Source: Paraspadella gotoi
Lineage: Eukaryota; Animalia; Chaetognatha
Reading direction: 5' to 3'
Assembly: GCA_051294375.1 (NCBI GenBank)
Contig: CM119271.1
Span: forward strand, 15,568,770-15,632,769
Length of the DNA: 64,000 nucleotides
Of the stretch, positions 36,979 through 47,447 are shown in pieces. The translations under genes were made by a program, and so were the position numbers. The notes below the pieces were generated by a model, which was not told the DNA's origin, did no database searches, and saw only the letters and a list, made by a program, of their open reading frames with translations. The stretch's first letter is position 1; each line of letters starts with the position of its first letter.

Positions 36979-39900
36979 CTTGTGGGGTATTGAAGGCGTG
37001 AAGAAATAGAGGGAAAATAAAGGTATATTTCACGAAGAGTAGAAACGAGAGAATGTATCGCTAGACAAAATATACTGAGGGGCAGGAGGAGGAAAGAAGA
37101 AGAAGAAGAGGAAGAGGAGAATTGGACGGCAGACTAAATCCTACTCTGCGTCCCCCTTCTTGACCAAGATGTTTTTTGTTTTGATTCTTGTTTAAGTTGA
37201 TTCTTGCAAATGAAGTTTCTCCTTGGATTTTTCCAGCTTGAGTTTTCACATCTTTAGCATAGTCTTTGGCTGTTGGTAAGTGGGTCTGCACTTGAGAATC
37301 AGTCTTGGCAACATTGGTTTGTGTTGAAACTGAATCAGTAATGATGGCGGTTTGGGTAGTTTGGGAAGAGAAGGTTGAGTATGGAATTTTTGTCTGCATT
37401 GATTTATTGTAACTAGCCTTGGCTTTTGTGGTCTGGGTTGAAGCATTGGCTTGGGTGAAATAGGTTTGAGTTGAGGTGAGACAGTTTGGGTTTTTAAAGG
37501 CAGAGGGGACATATGTGTATTCTGCACCAAAGCAAGTAGATCCATATATTTCTTGTCAGAATTCGTGGGTTTGCATTATTAGTATGAAAAATTCATCAGG
37601 TTTTCCAAATGCCAATATATTCTCCTTTGAGGTCATCAGAACTGATTTGATCTCTAAAGTTTATTTGGTCATTTTGGGATTTATGTTCAAGATTTAGGGT
37701 AAAAAGGTATTGTTTTACTGACAGTTATTTAATTTTTTCTTATTTTATCTTTCAAGGGAGCTAACGTTTTCTTTTTCTTTTAAGAGGTTAAAGTCCAATC
37801 TTAGCTTTCGCCATTTTTAGTCGCCGAGAGAGAGAGTTGAAGCTATGTTGTTTTTAGTCGCCAGGTTCAAAGTTTGATGTTTAGATTTTGAAAATTTCAA
37901 GTTTTAGTTCATGAAGATAAAGAAGAAAGTAGAAAATTATCTTGTAATAAATATCAAGTAGGGTTTTGTTTTTAAAATTATGCAGCTTCTTTGTAATGGT
38001 TTAGTCAAATAAAATCCTTTCTTTTGGGGAGGAAGATTTGTCCAATTTAGTTGATTTCCGAGTTTCTGTTTTTGGTTGTTAGTGCAGAAAGATAGTTCTT
38101 TTGGTAATTTCCACGGTTTTTTTTGCTGAGGGTTTGGACGGGAAACTTAATTCACGGGGAGTAGGGTATCGAGCCGCGAAGAAGGCGCCACTTGTGAGGT
38201 TATTGAAGGCGTGAAGAAATAGAGGGAAAATAATGGTATATTTCACGAAGAGTAGAAACGAGAGAAGGTATCGCTAGACAAAATATACCGAGGGGCAGGA
38301 GGAGGAAAGAAGAAGAAGAAGAGAATTGGACGGCAGGCTAAATCCTCCTCTGATTATTATTATTATTATATTATTATTATTATTACCATCGAATAAAATT
38401 GAGTTCATCAATCTTATTTGCATATAATTATTATAAATTACTTTAAGTGCCATGGGTTTATTTAAAGAATAATAAGCGGTCATTGCAGCCTATTTTTGGG
38501 TTTTACAATGTTTAATTATATTGTTTAATAGTAAATATTAAATTGTTTATATTGGTTAAATTATATTGTTTAATAGACTAAATAAATCTCTATATTAACT
38601 ATTAATAATCGGTAAACCATTATTCTTTAGATTATCTTCTTCACGAAATTGTCTCTCTCTCTCTCTCTGTCTCTCTGTCTCTCTCTCTCTCTCTCCCCCT
38701 CTCTTTCTCTCTCTCTTGTAAATGTCAAAATAAGATTTAAAGTTAATTTAAGTTTGTCAATATTTTGGAGAAATAAGTAGCTCTCACTCATACCGTGGAG
38801 CCTTTGAGCAAGGTGGTCCTCTTGACGCAGGCGCCGTCCTCGATGACGACCTCCGGGCCGACGACGACGTTGGGTCCGATTCGGCAATTCTTCCCCACTT
38901 GCGCCGTCGGGTGGAGGAGGACGTTGCCGACCACGCCGGCGCTTTGATGGAGCACCTTTTATTTGGAGGGGGAACGGGCAAGATGTTAAACATTCTCTAT
39001 CTAACAGAGGGATATCTCTGTTGTAATGATGGTTACCCTGGTTAATCAGAATACGACAATATGCAAATGAGATTGAGGAACTCAATCTCATTTCAGACAA
39101 TTCACAAATTAATCTGCTACATCTATTGTAGTTATTTTATTTTAATGGCTACAATGCAGCTCAAATTTGTCAAAATGTATGTAAATAATCACTTGCTACA
39201 CCATAATACTTTGTCAAAGTCTATCAAATGGGTTAAATTTGAAATTTAATTTCTGACTTGTCATTGATATAATTTTCTATTACATCTTCGTCATCTCTTC
39301 GTCACACACGTATTTTGTAATTGACACAACACAACACGCACAGCTCCCTAAAGACTGACTGACAAACGATGAATATCCAAAATAAACATCAACAATGTTG
39401 ATTCAACATCGTCCGTCCTACACAACCAAGGAAAGTTCCTCGCTTCTGTAGCAGAGATATCCCTCTGTTAGACTACAACATGCAAAGTAAATTAAAAGTT
39501 TCGGATCAAAAAGTTCAACTCACTTGCGGATTCTTTTGACGAAGGGAGTTGAGGTAAAGGCACATCCCGGTTAAGAAGTCTTTAGGCTGACCGACGTCCA
39601 TCCAGAAACCCTGCAACTCCAAGGCGAATAGATCTCCGCTAGCGGCCATGGCGGGGAAGATCTCCTTCTCAATGGAAGTCGGCTGAGAGGAGGGAGATAA
39701 TTCGATTTATCCCAACATAATTTATGAGAAAAATTAATAATCATTTTCCGCACCTTAATTTGTATTCGATCTAAGATGGAGACATTGAAGATGTAGAGTC
39801 CCGCGTTGATCTTATTGGAGACGAATTCGCGCGGTTTCTCGACGAAGCTTTGGATTCGTCCGTGGGGAGACTCGTAGACGACGACGCCGTACTTGGACGG

Positions 39901-41071
39901 CTCGTCCACTTTGGTCACGACGATCGTGCCTGGAAGAGAGACCGGAGATTGGTTTCACAATCAATTGCTTGTTTAGGAAACTACTTGGGGGAAAGACGAG
40001 AACGATCGCCTCAGCCGATAGGATCTTCGATATTCCGACCTCATCCTCTTCGTAGTAATTGTTCTGATTCAAATTCACAGTCTTATATTTATTGAATCTT
40101 CTTCCCTCCTTACAGTTATGTTATTGAAAGGCAAACAACTAATGATTCAATCTCACTCCCTCTGCCTTAATTTTTGTTAAAGATGAGTAAGTAATCAATC
40201 TCACGAATAAGTGAACATTCAATCTCACCCTCTTTGCCGTGATTTTTGAGAGAGGCCATCAAGTAATCAATCAATCTCACCCTCTCTTCCGTGATTTTTG
40301 TGAAAGGCGAGCATGTCCTTAAAGGGAAAATCACAGATGATGTCGCTGTTGAGAACGAAAAAAGGTTCGGCGTCGTCTTGGGTCAGGAGATCCGCGGCCA
40401 GAGCCAAAGGACCCGCGGTGCCGAGCGGTTCCGTTTCGTGGGAAAACGAGATCTGGGGCGTCGGAGGATATATTAAGTTTTTTTTTTTTTTTTAGAAAGA
40501 GAGCGAGAGAGTCTTGATTGAAAGCTTGCGCCTTGCTTCGTCATTGGGTCAAGCTTTGTTATTATTGCGTTGAGCAATGGAGGCCACAATAGCCGGTCCA
40601 AAATCAGGGGAAAGATATAACGGTTATTTATTTACAAATAGATAATTTTTATATAGGTGTAAGAGATGATTATTTAATATATTTAATATATCTTATCACA
40701 GGCAACAAATACCCCCCTTATATAGGTCGTACCAAAATTATATTACTCTCTTTTTCAATCTCATTTAGCGCTCGCCTTAATTCCAAGTCGTTTCGCTTCG
40801 ATCTTGCAGGCTTTCTCCAACTGCTCCGCGTGATAAGAGACGGCGAGGATGATGTGTGTCACCCCGCATTCCACTGAAGATTCAGATATTATATAAATAT
40901 TTATATTAATATTTTAAGACATCCGTTTAGTCCCAAAAACCTCTCACCCAAAGCGTCGATCTGATGGAAGAGCATCGGTCGATTGGCGAATTCGACGAGA
41001 GGTTTGGGAACGGAAAGAGTCAAGGGGCGCAACCGCGTCCCGTAACCGCCGACCAAGATGAGCGCCTTCAT
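36696..41071 (-). CDS. GMPPB: Mannose-1-phosphate guanyltransferase beta
   Basis: [100 protein letters not shown]-terminal VLPHKSI...PQIIM*. Confidence 0.97.
36981..38352 (-). mobile_element. Non-autonomous LTR retrotransposon (TRIM-like, ~1.37 kb) in a GMPPB intron
   Basis: Direct repeats 36981-37150 and 38193-38352. On the minus strand the LTR ends CACA, then AG, then PBS TGGCGCCTTCTTCGCGGCTCGA (38169-38190). PPT AAGAAGGGGGA (37151-37161) abuts the other LTR. Flanked by (TTA)n tracts. Confidence 0.82.
39000..39472. mobile_element. Hairpin/octamer-family composite element with 21-bp TIR and CTA flanks
   Basis: TCTAACAGAGGGATATCTCTG at 39000 is the exact reverse complement of the 21 bp ending at 39472; CTA lies on both sides. 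39000-39121 is an internally deleted reverse copy of 21631-22212. Confidence 0.65.
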
Positions 41072-41339
41072 CCTTCTTTTATTTGTTTATTAAGTTGTTT
41101 TTTTTTTTATGGGTGGGGGAAACAACGTGCGCGAGTTGTTTTGGTTGATATAAGTGATAAGTAACTGGGCAGTAAACTATAGGCTACGGCTGGATAGAAT
41201 AAAGGTACAACCGTATTGGGGGGGGAATGGACGAAGAATGTCAGGTCGTGAAAAATGTGTAACGTGGAATCATAAATAATAAAAACGATGAACGAATCTT
41301 GAGATCAAATGAACATTAACAGCTACAGCTACAGCAGCA

Positions 41340-41825
41340 TCACCGCCGTTTTTTTTTCGCGTTTCTTCCGGATTTCGAAGTCTTTCGCTTCGACGTCTGA
41401 TGAGACGACGACGACGGCGTCGATTCATTCTTTCCTTTCGACGCCGACGAAGATGACGCCGTCGAACTAGACAACGGCGCCACTCGATTTAGACGCGGCG
41501 CCGCCAGAGTTTCCGTTGGCGCCGGCGGACCATTTGACGCCTCCGCCGGCGCTTTCCCTCGAAGAACCGCCGCCGCCGCTGCCTCCGCCACCGCCGCCGG
41601 TGCGCACGCACGAGCCGCTTCCGCCCGGCGTCTTTTTCGCGCCGCTGTTGAGGCTTTGTTCGACGAGCGGCGCCAGGAGGCCCTGAGTAAAATAAATATT
41701 ACAAATAAAATAATAATATAACATTAATTTTTTTTTTCTAACTACGAATGTTTCGGCTTTGTTGCAAGCCTTCAAGAGCGCTTTGAAAAATCAAATAATA
41801 GAAAGAGAGAGAGAGAGAGAAAGAA

Positions 41826-41885
<60 letters not shown>

Positions 41886-42490
41886 AAGGAGGCTTCCAGC
41901 AAAGATTTGTGAAAGGATATAGTTTAGAGAAATATAGGTGTCGACGACGGAAAATGAGGTCAGGGTCAATGTCTACCAAAAAATACAAGTAATAACAAAA
42001 CTAATTAACTAATTAACGTTTTCTATTTTCTGGACTGACCGACCTGTTCGGCCAACATGGTGAGAAATGTGAAAATGAATCCATCGTAATCATGAGTTCG
42101 TCTCTGATGATCAACGCGATATTTTCTTCTCTTCTCGACTTCGTCTTTGAGATTTTGTTCGCAGGAGAGAATCTCGGACTCGAGATGGCGCAAGAGGGAG
42201 GCGAGGTCTTTGGGGGCGAACCCTTCGGGGGGATCTTGGGGGGGAGAAGATGTTGAGCGGTGGAGAAATAGGCGAAGGGGAATGAAAACGATGGAAATGC
42301 GGAACTGTGGAATGCAGAAATACTCAATTCTCTCTCTCTATCTCTCTCTCTCTTTTTCTCACTTTCTTTCCTCTCTTTCTGTCTCTTTTTCTCACCTTCT
42401 TTCTTTCTTACCTTCTTTCTTTCTTACCTTCTTTCTTTCTTTCTTTCTTTTTCTTTCTTTCTTTCTTTTTCTTTCTTTCTTTTTCTCACT

Positions 42491-42574
<84 letters not shown>

Positions 42575-45017
42575 CCTCCGTCTCCACAAGGACATTAGGC
42601 TTCTTCTCCTCCTTCACCTCCGTCTCTCTCATCGTCTTGGTCTTCGTCCTCCCTTTCTTCCACCGACGACCCGACCCCTCTTCCTCTTCCTCCTCCAACT
42701 CTGTCTTCACGCCTCTGGCTCCACCTCCGGCTCCGCCCGCCTTTCCCTCCACTTCCTTGATGAGGCTGCTGACTTCTTCGGGGCTGAGGTCGGCTTCTTC
42801 CTCTTCTTCCTCTTTGGAGGGAGACTCGGCCGCTGCGGCGGCTGAGGCGGAGTCGTCGTCGGCTGCTGCGTCGTCTTTCTCGCATTTGATCGATCGATTG
42901 TCTAAAGGAGGAAGGAGAGAGAAAAAAAAATCAAATATGGTGGCCTTAACCACATTCATTGAGAACAAACAGACCGATCCACCAGGTGGATCTACCGCTC
43001 TTTCCTGCACCCACCGATGGCCTACAACCTGCATGAACTCACCCGCCTGCTGCCGCCTTCGCTCGACGACGATCTGCTTGAGAGAATCGAAGACGATCAT
43101 CCTGTTCATCCTCAAAGTGCTGAGTTTCTCTTCGTACGCGATTCGTTTGTCCGCCACGACCGCCATCAAAGAGAACCGGATGTCGTGGTAAGGTTCGCTG
43201 CCTGGAAAAAAAAACCGACAAAAAAGGTCGACATTAAAATATAAAAGCCGAACAAAGTGATAACTACGAATTCAATGTGTAACGTTCTACGGTTGATCCC
43301 TTCTCGGCAAAGTTTCAACTAAAACAACCAAGCATTACACGAAATATGCTGCAAATTTGACAAAAAGCCTTTGAATCGTAAATGAGACAGAAGGACGGAT
43401 AGATATACCGACCGAAAGACCGACCGACAGACAGACCGAGCAAAAAAGTGAGTTATAAAAAGTGAATAGTCGACGAACCAGTCGACATCCCGATCCGATC
43501 GGAAATGACGTTGCGAAAATTCTCCGTCCAGTGTTCGTGGTCGCCCCAGGGGCCGTGGTCGATCGGGTAGGGCTTGAGGCCGTCGAGTTCAACGAGATGT
43601 CCGTTGACGGGGACGTAACTGGTTGGCGGAGGGAGATGAGGGGAAACGGGTTAGGATTCCTTGGATTTATTTTTATATAAATATTAATTAACGATTATTT
43701 AAAGTTTAATAATAGGCTACCTTACGAAATGGAAAGCTTCTCCGCCTCTAACGGTCGATACTCCGGCAGAGTTTCCTAAGAACAATCAAAATTAATAATT
43801 ATGCAACGTAGATTAAGGATTACTCGTAATCTTCAACTTAATACCATGTCGTTAATCAAACCGCTGATTGACAATATATGCACGAAGAAAACTCTGGAAA
43901 CAAATCGGACTAAATAAAGTAAACTAAACAAAATCTGTCATTACCAGGATTCTTTATCCGGCAGCTTCCTTCTCTCAGGACGGGCGTGGCTATTGTTGGC
44001 ATTTCGCCAGCTCCACCATGTTGCCGATCGCGTTCCCTTTGTCAGCCGGCGAACATTCCCCGACGAAAATTCCTGCAGAAAAGATAAAGTTGTTAATTTT
44101 AAACTAATAACAAAATATAACCTCAACATAAAACGCGTCCATTTCCAGGACGGACCTTCAATTTTGCCAAGGTCATCCCGAGACGCACGTCTTCGCAATT
44201 GAGAAGGATGCTGAGCAGCGCGTGGGTGGCGCAGGAGTTGGGGATAATCTGAATTAAGGCGGAGAGGAATAAATGAATCCGAATTCGAGAGATGGAATCG
44301 AGAGATAGAATCTAGAGATGGAATCAGACCTGATGAGCAAAGAACATGTTGTTGACGACTGATTCGTCAGTGACGAACTTTTCTTTTTGCTCCTCCATCG
44401 TTTTCCGACGAGAGCGTCGCTCTTCGATCCACTTGAAGAAGAAAGAGAGAGAAAAGAGATTCAGACAAATCGACAATGAGACGGATCGAAAAACTGACTA
44501 AGGAGTTGGGCAGCATTAGTGATATGATGACTTTCCGGTTTTCTATACTATCCTAGTTTTTTCTTCATTTGAAAAACGAATACGGATCGAAAATAATCGT
44601 TTATAAAATATTTTTACGCGATCGTAATGAAACTTACATGGCATCAGCTCAAAGACGGTCTCTTGTGTAATGTTCAACGTTAAATTTCAACTAAATATCT
44701 GTCGAATTTAAGTCGTATTTAAACTCGAGGCAGATAAAAAAAGCGACTGTCAACTTGCTTTACGAGGAAAATCGCGCAACTAAAAAGAGAGAATAAGCGA
44801 GACTTCAAAGATTCCTCACCTTAAAAAGAAAAATGAATCCGTAGACGTTGTGTGAGACGCTGACGGGTTTTGAGAGATCGTAGATCTCCTCCACTTGAAC
44901 ACCGGAGACTCCAAAGTCTTCGAGGAGAAGAGTGAAGACTCCCGGGTCAGACTCGAGCTCTTGCCATCCGCGGTTGAGGGCGTAATAGTTCATCGATGAC
45001 GTCGAATCTCCGCTCAT
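41340..45017 (-). CDS. BAP1: Ubiquitin C-terminal hydrolase BAP1/calypso-like (compact form)
   Basis: [88 protein letters not shown]-terminal ULD-like segment and KKKRR NLS. Confidence 0.9.
41802..41882. repeat. (GA)n-rich microsatellite in BAP1 intron
   Basis: Direct observation. Confidence 0.9.
42330..42570. repeat. CT/CTTT low-complexity tract and (CT)n microsatellite in BAP1 intron
   Basis: Direct observation. Confidence 0.9.
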
Positions 45018-45239
45018 CGTTAAAATCGGTTTGGGGGAGATGGTTTTTTTTTTTAATCCAAAACGATTTTTTTAAATCTGTCTATTGCCATAGACTAAAA
45101 AATCCGCATCAACTAAAATTAATTACAACAATCAAAAAACTCACTTATCCAAACAAGATAAGCTACCATAATATGGTATATAATATAACTTAAAAAATTA
45201 CCAGGCTCCCATCTATGAAACGCGAAAAAAGGGAAAAAA

Positions 45240-45305
45240 ACCTTTGAATCAAGACGAAACCTTTTTTCAGAGAAAAATTTTTGAAATCGTCGGTCATGGG
45301 ACATT
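45240..45305 (-). promoter_or_regulatory. Candidate SECIS element (form II) for the 45428-45997 gene
   Basis: Minus strand: ATGAC-CGACGATTTC-AAAAA-TTTTTCTCTGAAAAAA-GGTTTCGTCT-TGAT. AUGA...UGA core, GACGA/TCGTC stem, apical As about 10 nt above the core, ministem. Confidence 0.7.
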
Positions 45306-45427
45306 TCACTACATTAAGAGCTTGGTGATTGCGTGAGGCAATGAAGCAAATGAGACCATCACAAATATCAAGAAATGGAAATGTATCACGAATGGGAAGT
45401 GAAAAAAGACACCAACTCAACCCCCCC

Positions 45428-45997
45428 TTATTTCTCGGCCAACTTTTCCATCAAGGTCTCCAACGTGGGTCTATCCGTCGGCCACCGACTCGGATGAGCG
45501 TAGACCACCTTCCCCCGACCCTCTCCATCCTCTTTCACTCCGTCCAGAATCACGTCGCCCCCTAACTCGTAAACATTGTCGCCTCGTCTCGCGCGCGGAA
45601 TTTCCATTCGCGAGAAAAACGCGCGCGCATAGTAGGCGACGGAGCGAAGACCGAAGACGCCGAGAAAAGAGGCGGAGCCGAGACCCAACGCGTCGTACGA
45701 CCGGCGATGGGGATCTGAAAAGGAGGGAAAGGCGTGGCCGACTTCCGCTCGCCAACGACGAACGGCGTCGGCCTCGAAGGCGCTGACAACGACGACGTCG
45801 GCGCCCGCGGCGGAGAGTTGGTCGCGAGCCGCGTGGAGGCGCTCGACGTGGTGGCGTCAGGGAAGTCACCCGAAGTGGCGGGTGAGGATGACGAGGAGGC
45901 GTCGATCGGGAACGAGGGAAGAGGAGAGGGACGCGGGGGCGTCGTCGGCGGCGTCGACGCCGACGAGAGTCAACTCGTTTGTCCAATCGAAGGACAT
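45428..45997 (-). CDS. SELENOL: Selenoprotein L-like thioredoxin-fold protein with UxxU motif (189 aa, Sec44 and Sec47)
   Basis: ATG 45997 to TAA 45428 is one frame, broken only by TGA at 45866-45868 and 45857-45859: LLVILTRHFG-U-LP-U-RHHVERL...DPHRRSYDALGL...YELGGDVILDG...DRP. Confidence 0.88.
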
Positions 45998-46329
45998 CGC
46001 GGAATTTGGAGATTTTTTTTTTTTATTTTCTTGGAAAAAAAAGTGGAGTTGTAAAAACTACTAGTTAAAAGCAACCAGTAAAATCAACCATCACATTATA
46101 CATATAAATATGTAAAAAAGATAGACAAAAAGAGAAAATGAACAAGGATACGTGATAAATTTCAGTTATAAAAAAAGAAATGTGTAAAAGGTTTTAAATT
46201 TAAGTAATCTCAAAGGTATATACTTCCCCCATGAGAAAATTCAGAGGTGACAGTAAAATTTAGACTAAGTAGAATTCCGGATTAAATGAGCGACCAATCA
46301 CCCTTAACCATAACCACTTTAAAACCGCA

Positions 46330-46417
46330 AAGTTTAGATAGCGACATCAACTTATCCAGATAGAACCTTCACCATTCTTTCGGCAATATCCTTCATTCCT
46401 GCCGCTTTGTAAACTTT
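46330..46417 (-). promoter_or_regulatory. Candidate SECIS element for the 46438-47022 gene
   Basis: Minus strand: helix I GCGGCA/TGTCGC (outer AAGTTTA/TAAACTT), core ATGAA...GGAT, helix II GGATA/TATCT and TTGCCG/TGGTGA, apical AAA 11 nt above the core. Confidence 0.68.
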
Positions 46418-46437
46418 AATGACACCCAAAAAACTTC

Positions 46438-47022
46438 TCATATTTTCCTGCACTTGTTCAGTTCCGCGAGCAATTCAGCCACGGAAGGTCGATCCGCTGG
46501 GTTTTTGCTTTCGTATCTAAAGAGGACGTCGCCTTTCCCCTTTCCCTCTTCGTCCCCGCCATCCAAAATGGCGTCTCCTCCCAACTGGTAGACGTCCTCG
46601 TCGGGCTCCCCTCGCGGCAACTCCCTTCCGGACAACATGGCTCTCGCGTAATAAAAGAGATTGGAAAAACCAAAGACGTTGAAGAAAGAACCAGAACTAA
46701 ATCGCAAGACTCGAGAATACAACTCTCGTCGCTCATCGACGACCATTCGAAAATCGTGAGCGACTTCCGCCTTCCAACGTCTCGCTCCTTCCGCGGGGCC
46801 GCGACAGACGACGGCGACATCGGTGGCAGCGGCGTCGAGACGATCTCTCGCCTCGTTCAGCCGAGTCACGTGATCGCGTCAGGGGAGTCACCCGAAATGA
46901 CGGATGAGGACGAGGAGGAGGCGGCGATCGGGGGACGAGAGAGAGGAAAGGCGAACGGGGCGGTCGGAGGCGGCGTCGGATCCGACCAGAAGGAGATCCG
47001 CGTCCCAATCCGGGGACGACAT
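46438..47022 (-). CDS. SELENOL: Selenoprotein L-like thioredoxin-fold protein with UxxU motif (194 aa, Sec45 and Sec48)
   Basis: ATG 47022 to stop 46438 is one frame with TGA at 46888-46890 and 46879-46881: LLLVLIRHFG-U-LP-U-RDHVTRL...VDERRELY...YQLGGDAILDG...PADRPSV. Confidence 0.88.
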
Positions 47023-47248
47023 TGTAGAAAGACGAAATAACTACTGAAAATTTAAAAGAATAAAAAGATTTTAAAGAATGGTTTCGGGCCCCATTTGGTG
47101 TTCAGTTTACGATTAGTTTTCCCCTCAGGACTTTTTAAATTTCGTTCAGTGTAAATTAAGAAAACGTTGTCAGGAAATAAGGTTTTGAGGGGATCACTGC
47201 TCGTACAATTATTGAATCTGAGAAAGTAACAATGATGAGCGGAATTTA

Positions 47249-47258
47249 NNNNNNNNNN
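47249..47258. other. Assembly gap (10 N)
   Basis: Run of n characters. Confidence 0.99.
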
Positions 47259-47447
47259 TAATAATTCACCACAAAGTGAAACATTATAAAAACGAGGAGG
47301 AACAACGGAATCTAAAATCTAACAAAACTAAAAAACGAAATGGTACACGTACGTTTTTCCATCGTACTAAAAATGATAATATGGCGAAATTAGCTAAAGA
47401 AAAGTTTCGAATGAAACTGAGATAAAGTTAAAAGCGAAAAGCTTGGT

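Noticed and set aside
42147-43191. Long plus-strand ORFs of 232 and 294 aa
   Set aside because: Antisense shadows of BAP1 exons combined with CT microsatellite.
45428-47022. Pseudogene interpretation of the TGA-interrupted ORFs
   Set aside because: The two TGAs sit at the redox CxxC-equivalent positions in both paralogues, there are no other lesions, and SECIS-like hairpins follow.
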